Source: a virus. Taken from it: a stretch of 41,231 bases of DNA. The stretch lies in IMG/VR virus record IMGVR_UViG_3300045988_102542, positions 1 to 41,231 of that record, one strand, 5' to 3'. A program made the position numbers and the translations under genes. Within the stretch, counting starts at the first letter, position 1. Each line of letters starts with the position of its first letter. Below the pieces are notes generated by a model. That model was not told where the DNA came from, searched no databases, and saw nothing but the letters and a program-made list of their open reading frames with translations. This document shows, piece by piece, positions 7,591 to 16,196 of this stretch.

Positions 7591-10085
7591 AATCATACAT
7601 AGAATTTTTGAAAGATAAAGTGATAAAAGCACCAGTATCAGGAATAGAAGTCAATCCGGCGGATATAAGTTCCGTCTTGAAACCACATCAAAGAGATGCT
7701 GTCTTGTGGGCGCTCAAAGGCGGGCGCAGGGCATTGTTTGAGGCATTCGGGCTGGGGAAGAGTATCCAGCAAATGGAATGGTGCCATGTACTTACTAAGA
7801 AAATAGGCGGCAAAGCGTTGATTGTCTGTCCGTTGGGGGTCAAGCAGGAATTTGCGGAAGACGCGGTACATCTGCTCAATATCCCCGCTCCGACATATGT
7901 AAGAAATATGGAAGAAGTTAAAGCCGCAGACAATAGAATTCTGATTACAAACTACGAAAGAATCCGCGACGGAGATATAGATCCCCATCACTTCACAGCC
8001 TGCAGCTTAGACGAAGCGTCCGTTTTAAGAAGCTTCGGCAGCAAAACATATCAGACATTTCTGCCAAAATTTAAAGGCGTGAAATACAAACTTGTTGCCA
8101 CGGCTACACCCGCACCAAACAGATATAAAGAATTAATTCACTATGGTGGATATTTAGAAATCATGGATACGGGACAGGCATTAACACGCTTCTTTCAGCG
8201 GGACAGTACAAAAGCAAATAACCTCACTCTCTATCCGCATAAAGAAAAAGAATTCTGGCTGTGGCTGTCTACCTGGGCACTGTTTATTCAAAAGCCCTCT
8301 GATCTGGGGTATAGCGACGAAGGATATAACCTTCCGCCGCTGCAAGTGAATTACCACATGCTGGCAAATACAAAACCCGTGAATGAAGAAGAAAAGAACG
8401 GGCAGGTCAAACTTATAAAAGACTTTGCCGTGGGACTTTCGGCAGCGGCCAGAGAGAAAAGAGAAAGCATTGATGTCAGGCTGGCAGAAACAAAACGGAT
8501 TATCGACGAATCACCTGATGAACATTTCATTATATGGCACGATCTGGAAAGCGAGCGGCATGCCATCAAACATGCAATCCCAGAAGCTAAATTTATCTAC
8601 GGCTTACAAGATATGGACGAAAGAGAAAGAAACACCATCGGCTTTTCAAAGGGAGACTTTCGTATCCTTGCCACAAAAAAAGAACTATCAGGGAGCGGAT
8701 GTAACTTCCAAAAACATTGCCATCGCCAAATATTTATGGGGATTGACTATGAGTTTAACGACTTTATCCAAGCCATCCACCGGTGTTACCGCTTCCTGCA
8801 AACAAAACCTGTCATTATAGACATCATATACATGGAAACAGAACAGCAGGTGCTGGAAGTACTGAAAAAGAAATGGGAGCAATATAACAAACTCACGGAA
8901 AGCATGGAAGAAATAGTCAGGAAATATGGACTGTCAAGAAACGATGCCATCATTGAAATGCAAAGGAGTATAGGCGTGGAAGAAATCATAGCAAAAGGGA
9001 AAAACTACATCGCGATACATGGCGACTGTGTTGAAGAAACGGGGAAAATGCAAGATAACTCAGTGGACATGCTTCTTACATCAATTCCGTTTGGAAATCA
9101 CTATGAATACTGCGCAAGCTATAACGATTTCGGGCATAACGAAAATACAGACAAATTTTTTGAGCAGATGGATTATTTAACGCCGAATTTACTTAGAATT
9201 TTGAAGCCCGGAAGAGTATATGCATGCCACGTGAAAGACCGTGTACTATTCGGGAACGCAACGGGAACAGGCATGCCAACCATAGAACCGTTCCACGCGT
9301 TGACTATCATGCACTACATGAAACACGGCTTCCAATTCTTCGGCATGATAACCGTCATAACCGACGTGGTTCGGGAGAACAATCAGACATACCGTCTTGG
9401 ATGGACGGAGCAGTGCAAGGACGGAACAAAAATGGGAGTAGGCTGCCCAGAATACATCCTGCTGTTCAGAAAGCTCCCTACGGATACATCAAGAGCCTAT
9501 GCAGATACACCTGTCACAAAGAGTAAAGAAGAATATACCCGCGGGCAATGGCAATTAGACGCTCATGCATTCTGGAGAAGCAGCGGAAACAGGCAGTTGT
9601 CCGTTGACGACCTGAAAGACATGCCCATATCAGATATACGAAAACTGTACAACAAATACAGTAAAGAAACCGTGTATGACTTTGATAAGCATGTAGAGAT
9701 GGCCAATGCGATGGACGAAAAAAACAAACTGCCCGCAACATTTATGTGCATAGATCCCGCGAGCTGGTCTCCTGACGTGTGGGACGATGTAAACCGTATG
9801 AGAACACTCAACACAGAACAATCACAAAGGAGAAAACAAATGCACCTCTGCCCTCTCCAGTTTGACATAGTAGACCGACTGATTAACCGGTACACAAACG
9901 AAGGAGAAACCGTGCTTGACCCCTTCGGCGGACTGATGACAGTACCGCTGGAAGCCATGAAAGCAGGGCGGAAAGGCATAGGAATAGAACTCAATCCGGA
10001 ATACTACCGTGACGGATGCTGGTATCTCAAGCGGGAAGAAGACAACCAGGAAACACCAACACTCTTTGATTTCATGGAGGTATAA
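7587..10085 (+). CDS. SNF2-family helicase fused to beta-class N6A/N4C DNA methyltransferase
   Basis: ATG 7587 (SD AGGAG) overlaps the upstream stop. Helicase motifs GLGKS, DEAS, ATATPAPN, QAIHRCYRFLQ. MTase motif IV TSIPFG precedes motif I DPFGGLMTV..IGIELNPEYY. Confidence 0.85.
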   Translation: MKSYIEFLKDKVIKAPVSGIEVNPADISSVLKPHQRDAVLWALKGGRRALFEAFGLGKSIQQMEWCHVLTKKIGGKALIVCPLGVKQEFAEDAVHLLNIPAPTYVRNMEEVKAADNRILITNYERIRDGDIDPHHFTACSLDEASVLRSFGSKTYQTFLPKFKGVKYKLVATATPAPNRYKELIHYGGYLEIMDTGQALTRFFQRDSTKANNLTLYPHKEKEFWLWLSTWALFIQKPSDLGYSDEGYNLPPLQVNYHMLANTKPVNEEEKNGQVKLIKDFAVGLSAAAREKRESIDVRLAETKRIIDESPDEHFIIWHDLESERHAIKHAIPEAKFIYGLQDMDERERNTIGFSKGDFRILATKKELSGSGCNFQKHCHRQIFMGIDYEFNDFIQAIHRCYRFLQTKPVIIDIIYMETEQQVLEVLKKKWEQYNKLTESMEEIVRKYGLSRNDAIIEMQRSIGVEEIIAKGKNYIAIHGDCVEETGKMQDNSVDMLLTSIPFGNHYEYCASYNDFGHNENTDKFFEQMDYLTPNLLRILKPGRVYACHVKDRVLFGNATGTGMPTIEPFHALTIMHYMKHGFQFFGMITVITDVVRENNQTYRLGWTEQCKDGTKMGVGCPEYILLFRKLPTDTSRAYADTPVTKSKEEYTRGQWQLDAHAFWRSSGNRQLSVDDLKDMPISDIRKLYNKYSKETVYDFDKHVEMANAMDEKNKLPATFMCIDPASWSPDVWDDVNRMRTLNTEQSQRRKQMHLCPLQFDIVDRLINRYTNEGETVLDPFGGLMTVPLEAMKAGRKGIGIELNPEYYRDGCWYLKREEDNQETPTLFDFMEV

Positions 10086-10379
10086 ATGAACGAAATAGAT
10101 TATATCAATGCATATAAAGGTTATAGGAAATGGCAGAAGCTTGTATACGGTATGATCCCGTGCAGAGTGGGAAGAGCAATTACCGCCATGGTAACCATAG
10201 CCGGTGTAGTAATATTGGCGTCACTGATAACACTGATTACCAGTCCGATAGTCATCATAAAAGCAGCAATTAAGAAAGTATATGAAGATGGTCCGCAAGA
10301 AATCATGATGGCCATTGAATTTAAAAGAATAAAAAACGGATATGAACAGTACATAAAAGATATAGGAGGTATTCAATGA
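10086..10379 (+). CDS. Small membrane protein
   Basis: 97 aa with SD GGAGG. Central hydrophobic stretch AITAMVTIAGVVILASLITLITSPIVII. Confidence 0.55.
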   Translation: MNEIDYINAYKGYRKWQKLVYGMIPCRVGRAITAMVTIAGVVILASLITLITSPIVIIKAAIKKVYEDGPQEIMMAIEFKRIKNGYEQYIKDIGGIQ

Positions 10380-10597
10380 CAGACACAGAAGAAATACTGA
10401 AAATATCCCGAGGATTTCCGGCGGAACCATATAGCAATACAGAACTATTTAACGTTATGGCGGCGTACCTGATAGGTGGTACAACAATCATTCACGGCAA
10501 AAAGATACGGGGAGTAAAATCACGCAAAACAAATCTGAAAAGAGCAGCGGCACTGCTTATACATGAAATTAACAGAATAGACGAGGTAGAAGAATGA
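10376..10597 (+). CDS. Hypothetical protein (73 aa)
   Basis: ATGA start/stop overlap with the upstream gene. SD GGAGG. Confidence 0.55.
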   Translation: MTDTEEILKISRGFPAEPYSNTELFNVMAAYLIGGTTIIHGKKIRGVKSRKTNLKRAAALLIHEINRIDEVEE

Positions 10598-10821
10598 ACT
10601 ACATCAAACCATTTACAGACATATTCGGTATCAAGCCTGGAGAAGAATTCGGCATATTATTTCCAGCGGAGAAGAGAGTATCAAAACACTTCTGCATAGA
10701 CGAGCGGAAAGGCTTAATGGTAATGGTTGGGAAGAACTGGACAAAAGCCAACGGAACGCTAATAGAAAAGATCCTTATTGGAGATGTTGAAATCAGAAAG
10801 CTAAAAAAGAAAGGAGCATAA
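10594..10821 (+). CDS. Hypothetical protein (75 aa)
   Basis: ATGA overlap with the upstream gene. SD GAGG. Confidence 0.55.
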   Translation: MNYIKPFTDIFGIKPGEEFGILFPAEKRVSKHFCIDERKGLMVMVGKNWTKANGTLIEKILIGDVEIRKLKKKGA

Positions 10822-10823
10822 CA

Positions 10824-11153
10824 ATGTTTAGAAACTTATGGATTGTTTTATTTTCAGCGGTATTTATATGCGGGCTAACGGGAATTATAAAAGCGGAATG
10901 GGTAACGACAGAACTCACAGTATATACGCCATATGAATGTCCTAACGAACATACCGCATCGGGAACCATCCCGACAGAAGGCAGAACCATAGCGTGCAAC
11001 TGGCTGCCATTCGGAACAAGAGTACAGATATACGGACACTGGTATACCGTGGAAGACCGGGGCGGCATGGAAGGCATAGACATATTTAAAAACTCATACG
11101 ATGAAGCGATAGAGTTCGGACGCAGGAATGCAGAAGTATACATAGAGAGGTAA
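10824..11153 (+). CDS. Secreted 3D-domain protein (MltA/RlpA-like fold)
   Basis: Signal peptide, then YTPYEC..TASGTIPTEGRTIACNWLPFGTRVQIYGHWYTVEDRGG..GIDIF, typical of 3D domains. Confidence 0.75.
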   Translation: MFRNLWIVLFSAVFICGLTGIIKAEWVTTELTVYTPYECPNEHTASGTIPTEGRTIACNWLPFGTRVQIYGHWYTVEDRGGMEGIDIFKNSYDEAIEFGRRNAEVYIER

Positions 11154-11157
11154 GAAG

Positions 11158-11625
11158 ATGAACACAGTACAAATCACAGGGAATCTTGCAAAAGATCCAA
11201 TTATCAGAGCAACAAAAACAGGGAAAGCCGTAGCGTCATTTTCAGTAGGAGTAAGTAAGAGAATTACAAAAGCAAACGGGGATATATTAGACCTAACCGA
11301 TTGGATCAATGTAACTGCCTGGGGGAAACTGGCAGAAGCCGCCGGTAATGAACTCACAAAAGGAAGCTATGTATTTGTAGAAGGAAGGTATTCCACCAGG
11401 TCATATGATACGCCGGATGGACAGAGGCGGTATATTACCGAAGTAGTAGCGAATGTAATTGCAAAACCAATCGGAAGTAATCAACAATCAACGAATGCAG
11501 GCTTTTCCGGCGGAACATCTGTAACGCAATTTTCTGCACCAGTGAAATTTGAAGACATGGGCACTGTGAGCAAAGAGCCGGGATATAATCAGCCAGAGTA
11601 TGAACAAGATGAAATCCCGTTTTAA
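11158..11625 (+). CDS. ssb: Single-stranded DNA-binding protein
   Basis: OB-fold N-terminus (MNTVQITGNLAKDP..), Gly/Gln-rich linker, acidic tail ending DEIPF. Confidence 0.92.
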   Translation: MNTVQITGNLAKDPIIRATKTGKAVASFSVGVSKRITKANGDILDLTDWINVTAWGKLAEAAGNELTKGSYVFVEGRYSTRSYDTPDGQRRYITEVVANVIAKPIGSNQQSTNAGFSGGTSVTQFSAPVKFEDMGTVSKEPGYNQPEYEQDEIPF

Positions 11626-11636
11626 AGGAGGACGAA

Positions 11637-11774
11637 ATGGATAGATTAATTGACGTAGTGAGTGTAGTGATATTTATCAGCATGATCATGTATGCCGCAA
11701 TTAAACTCGACGAAGCGGCAAGAAAACTGCGCGATGAAGAAGAGCGGATTTATAAAGAAAGGAAACTGAAATGA
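11637..11774 (+). CDS. Small membrane protein (45 aa)
   Basis: ATG 11637 after SD AAAGGAGG. TM segment VVSVVIFISMIMYAAI. Stop overlaps the dut start (ATGA). Read by hand. Confidence 0.45.
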   Translation: MDRLIDVVSVVIFISMIMYAAIKLDEAARKLRDEEERIYKERKLK

Positions 11775-12208
11775 GAAGAGGTTTTGAAAAAGTAAGCGGA
11801 TATGAATATGTAAACTTTCCAAAGAGAAAGACAAAGCAATCGGCAGGATATGACATTGAAAGTGCTGTTAATGTTGTAATCAATCCGGGCGAAACAAAAT
11901 TGATTCCAACGGGGATAAAAGCATATATGGATGAAAATGAATGGCTGGGAATCTATATAAGATCAAACATTGCGGTTAAGTATGGAATTATTTTGACAAA
12001 CAGTGTAGCGGTAATTGATTCAGACTACTACAACAATCCGGACAACGAAGGACATATCATGATGGCGCTTAGAAATACGTCGGGTTCGCCTTGCGCTATA
12101 AAAGTAGGAGACAGAATCGCACAAGGAATATTCCATCAATATTACAAAATAGATGATGACAGCGCTGATGGTGATAGGACCGGCGGAATAGGGAGTACGG
12201 GGAAATAG
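11771..12208 (+). CDS. dut: dUTP diphosphatase (trimeric dUTPase)
   Basis: Motifs SAGYDI, IPTGI, IRSNI, AVIDSDYYNN, GDRIAQGIF, GGIGSTG. Confidence 0.92.
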   Translation: MRRGFEKVSGYEYVNFPKRKTKQSAGYDIESAVNVVINPGETKLIPTGIKAYMDENEWLGIYIRSNIAVKYGIILTNSVAVIDSDYYNNPDNEGHIMMALRNTSGSPCAIKVGDRIAQGIFHQYYKIDDDSADGDRTGGIGSTGK

Positions 12209-12231
12209 AGCCACATGAAAAAGAGGAAAAA

Positions 12232-12405
12232 ATGAAAAAGATAGAGATAACTTTTGACGAAAAAGGAACGCACATTAACGTCAACGGAATCGGTAAAGAT
12301 GAAATAAAAAGTGCCGCCTATGCATTACTACATAAGATGCATGAAGATTTTGACGTGTCAAACAGAGAAATAGTAGTGATTATTGATGATTTTTTTATCA
12401 AATAG
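12232..12405 (+). CDS. Hypothetical protein (57 aa)
   Basis: ATG 12232 to TAG 12403-12405, read by hand. AG-rich SD-like sequence upstream. Confidence 0.4.
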   Translation: MKKIEITFDEKGTHINVNGIGKDEIKSAAYALLHKMHEDFDVSNREIVVIIDDFFIK

Positions 12406-12415
12406 AGTACGAAAA

Positions 12416-13867
12416 ATGCAGATAACAGTGGGAAGCCTATTTGACGGAATCGGCGGATGGTGTATAGCGGCAGAACGAAACGGGGCTGTTCCCGTGTGGT
12501 CATCGGAAATAGAACCATTCTGCGTAGAAGTCACTAAAAAACACTTTCCGAACGTCATGCAATTAGGCGACATCAAAAAAATAAAAGGTGACAAAATACC
12601 ACCAGTAGACATTATATGTGCGGGCAGTCCGTGCCAGGACCTGTCAGTAGCGGGGAAAAGAGAGGGATTAAAAGGTGAACGAAGCGGATTGTTTAGAACG
12701 GCAAATGACATTGTTTCCGATATGCTCAATGCCACAAGCGGAAAATACCCCAAATATTTTATATGGGAAAACGTACTTGGAGCGTTTAGCAGCAACAAAG
12801 GGTGTGACTTTCAGGCAGTGCTTAGCGAAATCACACAAGCCGATATTCCAATGCCTCGATCTGGAAGATGGGCAAGAAGCGGAATGGTACGAAGCAAAAG
12901 ATGTCACATCGCATGGCGCGTCATTAACGCTCAATATTGGGGCGTCCCCCAACATCGCGAGAGAATCTTCCTTATTGCGTGTTTTGGAAATAGGGGGGGT
13001 AGACCGGAAGTATTATTTGAGTCCGAAAGCATGTCGGGGAATCCTGCGGAGAGCGAAAGCAAGAAAGAAACGCTTACCCGAACTGCTGTACTGGGTACTG
13101 AAACATCAGTCTATGACATCGGAAATGGACAAATAAACTCTATAAGAATGAATGAAAAAACAGGAGCGCTGAACTGCATGCATGACCAGCGATGTGTGCT
13201 TGTCAAAACATATAGAATCGGATCATACGAAAGTGAAGGAATGAAAAGCAACAATCCGACAGCGGGCATAAAAGAAGTAGACAAAAGTAACACATTAGAT
13301 CTAAGTGGAAGTAATCCGGCAAGAAACCAAGGCGGCATCTGTATAAGCGTTCTCGATATGACACATGCGCAGGACGTCATAAGAGAAAGAAATGACGGAA
13401 CAGTGCAGACACTCAATAACAGGATGGGGACCGGCGGAAATCAAGTGCCGCTCATATACACATTTAACAGAGACGCAAGTATAAAAAACAACATGCCGAT
13501 CTATGATGATAAAACATCTACATTAAAATCATCCACAAGATTAGCGGTTGTATATGCAATTGACAGGGCGGCATTTAATCAGGGCGCAAATGCAAAATAT
13601 GATTTCAAGATCAGCGATAACGGAATCAACTCAACACTGGTAGCAAGAGGACCAAGCGCCGTGGGATGTATATACAAAAACATTGATTGCTCATACGTCC
13701 GCCGCCTTACGCCGCTTGAGTGTGAAAGACTGCAGGGACTTCCGGACAACTGGACAGAAGGCGGGAGTGATACGGCGAGGTACAGAGCAATAGGAAACGG
13801 AATGGCACAGCCATGTGCTGACTATGTGATGAGTAAGGTGGTTGAAGACATTAAGGATGAGACATGA
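12416..13867 (+). CDS. dcm: DNA (cytosine-5)-methyltransferase
   Basis: ATG 12416. Motifs FDGIGG (I), GSPCQDLS (IV), ENV (VI), QHRERIF (VIII), RRLTPLECERLQGLP (IX), YRAIGNGM (X). Long variable region between VIII and IX. Confidence 0.93.
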   Translation: MQITVGSLFDGIGGWCIAAERNGAVPVWSSEIEPFCVEVTKKHFPNVMQLGDIKKIKGDKIPPVDIICAGSPCQDLSVAGKREGLKGERSGLFRTANDIVSDMLNATSGKYPKYFIWENVLGAFSSNKGCDFQAVLSEITQADIPMPRSGRWARSGMVRSKRCHIAWRVINAQYWGVPQHRERIFLIACFGNRGGRPEVLFESESMSGNPAESESKKETLTRTAVLGTETSVYDIGNGQINSIRMNEKTGALNCMHDQRCVLVKTYRIGSYESEGMKSNNPTAGIKEVDKSNTLDLSGSNPARNQGGICISVLDMTHAQDVIRERNDGTVQTLNNRMGTGGNQVPLIYTFNRDASIKNNMPIYDDKTSTLKSSTRLAVVYAIDRAAFNQGANAKYDFKISDNGINSTLVARGPSAVGCIYKNIDCSYVRRLTPLECERLQGLPDNWTEGGSDTARYRAIGNGMAQPCADYVMSKVVEDIKDET

Positions 13868-13942
13868 GTAAAAATAAAGAAGAAGCGTTAATTCAATGTG
13901 CGATAGCAGCACATTTGGGTGAAAAGAATATTATGATACCGA

Positions 13943-14317
13943 ATGTTAGCTTTGCAAGAACATCATGTAGAGTTCCTAAGTCATGAAGCAGATTTGATAT
14001 GGATAAACGAAAATGACTATTTGACGGAGATAGAAATCAAAGTTAGTTATAGGGACTTCTTAGCAGATTTCCAGAAAAAAGAAAAACATCTTACAAAGTA
14101 CACGAGAGCAGTTTATTATGCGTTTCCGTGGGATATGTACAAAGAAAAGGTGCTGGTCGAAAAATTCCCAGAAGCAGGAGTAATTATTGTTGATGCAGAA
14201 GAAATGGCAGTAGACATAGTAAAGAATGCTAAATATTTCAATGGTGAAAAGATACCGATTGAAGTAAAAATCGGGCTAATGAAAATCGGATGTCAGAAAT
14301 GGTGGAGGAGAAAATGA
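13943..14317 (+). CDS. PD-(D/E)xK-like protein (MmcB-like), possibly 5'-truncated by a frameshift
   Basis: HEADLIWINENDYLTEIEIKVSYRDFLADFQKKEKH has a D..E.K pattern. No good SD at 13943. An upstream 40-codon ORF (13864-13986) lies in another frame. Confidence 0.45.
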   Translation: MLALQEHHVEFLSHEADLIWINENDYLTEIEIKVSYRDFLADFQKKEKHLTKYTRAVYYAFPWDMYKEKVLVEKFPEAGVIIVDAEEMAVDIVKNAKYFNGEKIPIEVKIGLMKIGCQKWWRRK

Positions 14318-14733
14318 AACATGATAAAGAAGAGTGGGTAGTGTCACTGGATGGAGAAAATTATAACGGATATATGACATACCCGACAAAGAAAGCGGCT
14401 ATTGAAGCTGGACGGAAGGAATTTGCGAATGTAAAAAAATGTCAATATTCAGAAGTTTTTGATGGATATATAGGTGATGATAAGTTCTTCTATGTTGCGC
14501 TACTTTCGAGGCCAGAACCAACAGCAAACGTTGATAATATTATTATAGATGTAGCGTGCAACGCAGATGTTGTTTATGGCGAATATCGCTTTGATTTTTT
14601 AGAAAATGTCACAGAAGAACAAAGAGAAGAGCTTGAAAAAGAAATCAATAAAGTTGTTCAGTGCTGGCTTGATAAATACGAATTGAGAGATTATGGATTT
14701 TTAGTTGAAAATGTGGAGATGGTCAAAATATGA
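14314..14733 (+). CDS. Hypothetical protein
   Basis: ATG 14314 after SD GGAGGAG, with ATGA overlap to the upstream stop. Track ORF starts at 14290. Confidence 0.6.
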   Translation: MKHDKEEWVVSLDGENYNGYMTYPTKKAAIEAGRKEFANVKKCQYSEVFDGYIGDDKFFYVALLSRPEPTANVDNIIIDVACNADVVYGEYRFDFLENVTEEQREELEKEINKVVQCWLDKYELRDYGFLVENVEMVKI

Positions 14734-15146
14734 AAACACTAAAAGAAGAAGTAATGGAATTGCTGATGAAAAGAATCGGAGTGGTAGAAGATGAAGAGTT
14801 CAAGGCGAGTACCGTTGACGGAGCTTGTGCTACTTACAAAATCTCAAAAGGTAAATTACTTTTTAAAAATTTATCAGAAGAATGGAGTAAGACCGAAAGA
14901 TGGGTTAATTTTATTAAGGATTTTGAAGAGTATGAATTTAAATTGAAGCCGTTTAAGCCGAAATTTGGCAACTGGTATTATCATATCAACATTTTGGGTA
15001 ATCCGGTTCATGGAGAATTTAAGGGGCATTATAACACTTTTGATTGTTTAAACAGAGCAATAGGAAACTGCTTTAGAACAAAAGAATTAGCAGAGGCGCA
15101 CAAAGAAGAAATTTTAAAAATCCTGAAAGGAGAAGGTCATGAATGA
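14730..15146 (+). CDS. Hypothetical protein (138 aa)
   Basis: ATGA overlap with the upstream gene. No domain recognised. Confidence 0.6.
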   Translation: MKTLKEEVMELLMKRIGVVEDEEFKASTVDGACATYKISKGKLLFKNLSEEWSKTERWVNFIKDFEEYEFKLKPFKPKFGNWYYHINILGNPVHGEFKGHYNTFDCLNRAIGNCFRTKELAEAHKEEILKILKGEGHE

Positions 15147-15504
15147 ACCAATAATAAGCCCATGGATATTATATTGGATTGAAGTGATAGACGCACTCAA
15201 AACACCTCTCTGGATGATGATTGTAATGAGTGGCGCCGTACGGGTATTTTTACAAGCCCTTTTGATGGATCCAGATTATGAGCCACAGCCAAGGGAAGAA
15301 AAAAGAGTACGTTGGTGGGCAAAAATGATAACAATATTTCTGGCACTTGCGATTCCGTTAAACTTTTTGCTTCCGTCGAAAGAAACCATGTATAAAATGG
15401 TTGCAGCCAGTTATATTACCAAAGAGAATATAGATGTTGTGGGAGATGAAATAGACAAAATTACAGACAAAATTATTGAAAAAATAAACAAGAGGGACAA
15501 ATGA
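15139..15504 (+). CDS. Membrane protein (121 aa)
   Basis: Two or three hydrophobic segments (PLWMMIVMSGAVRVFLQALL, MITIFLALAIPLNFLL). Confidence 0.6.
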   Translation: MNEPIISPWILYWIEVIDALKTPLWMMIVMSGAVRVFLQALLMDPDYEPQPREEKRVRWWAKMITIFLALAIPLNFLLPSKETMYKMVAASYITKENIDVVGDEIDKITDKIIEKINKRDK

Positions 15505-15959
15505 TAAAAGACTTTAAAACTGGGCAGGAATATCTCCAAGCGATATATAATCAACACCGGCGGTACCTGTCGGTGCAAAGAGAGCTTGCGGAACGTAAAT
15601 CACATATCTATCAAATAAAAGGGCAGCGATACGAAAAAGACAAGGTTTCCGGCGGAATACAGCCCGACCTGTCAGACAGAGTAATACTCGCAGAAAAATA
15701 TGAAGAAATGGTTATGCAAGAACATGAAGATCTCATTATCGCGAGGATAGAAGCACGAAGACTGATAGACATGATAAAAAACGATGACGAGAAAACAATA
15801 CTAAGAGAGTGGTATTTAAATCACAGGTCATATAGAGCAATATCAAGGACGATTCGCATAAGCAGGAACAATATTACAAAAACAAAAGAAGCGGCAGAAG
15901 TAAGCTTTGAGATAGTATTTCAAAGACTGAAAAGAAAGATATATACTGGCAATAAATAA
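15501..15959 (+). CDS. Late-gene transcriptional regulator-like protein (sigma-70 region 4 / DUF1492 / ArpU-RinA-like)
   Basis: C-terminal HTH ILREWYLNHRSYRAISRTIRISRNNITKTKEAA. Last gene before the packaging module. Confidence 0.55.
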   Translation: MIKDFKTGQEYLQAIYNQHRRYLSVQRELAERKSHIYQIKGQRYEKDKVSGGIQPDLSDRVILAEKYEEMVMQEHEDLIIARIEARRLIDMIKNDDEKTILREWYLNHRSYRAISRTIRISRNNITKTKEAAEVSFEIVFQRLKRKIYTGNK

Positions 15960-15965
15960 AAAAAG

Positions 15966-15990
15966 AAATCCATCGAAAGGTGGATTTTTT
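15966..15990 (+). terminator. Rho-independent terminator
   Basis: AAATCCATC-gaaa-GGTGGATTT stem (9 bp incl. one G:U, GNRA loop) followed by a T-run. Confidence 0.75.
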
Positions 15991-16011
15991 AATAAAAAAA
16001 TATAAAAACGC

Positions 16012-16040
16012 TTGACAATACATAAGAAAAGATGTATAAT
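16012..16040 (+). promoter_or_regulatory. Consensus sigma-70 promoter
   Basis: TTGACA (16012-16017), 17-nt spacer, TATAAT (16035-16040). Confidence 0.75.
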
Positions 16041-16069
16041 AAATACAGAAAGGAGGTGAGAATGCGGAT

Positions 16070-16147
16070 ATGAATAATAAAATAAGCCTTGTAACAGCAA
16101 TAATCAATTTGATAACAGCGATTATATTGCTTTACAAGGCTCAATGA
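16070..16147 (+). CDS. 25-aa hydrophobic peptide (candidate type I toxin)
   Basis: MNNKISLVTAIINLITAIILLYKAQ. Its ATG overlaps the TGA of a 3-codon mini-ORF (ATG 16062, MRI*) that sits at optimal distance from SD AGGAGGTG (16051-16058). Confidence 0.5.
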   Translation: MNNKISLVTAIINLITAIILLYKAQ

Positions 16148-16190
16148 CCGAAGAGGGTGGAACACCCACCCTCCACCCTCTGGGTGGTTC
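16072..16190 (-). ncRNA. Candidate antisense sRNA (antitoxin-like) convergent on the small peptide ORF
   Basis: Starts downstream of the minus-strand promoter at 16197-16225. Passes the GC hairpins and the long imperfect hairpin (16086-16140), then a minus-strand T-rich tract (TTATTTTATTATT). Confidence 0.4.
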
Positions 16191-16196
16191 ATTCAT

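Noticed and set aside
12358-12955. Minus-strand ORFs (146 and 95 aa) antisense to the 5' half of dcm
   Set aside because: No start context and no recognisable motifs, unlike the plus-strand +1-frame ORF reported as a finding.
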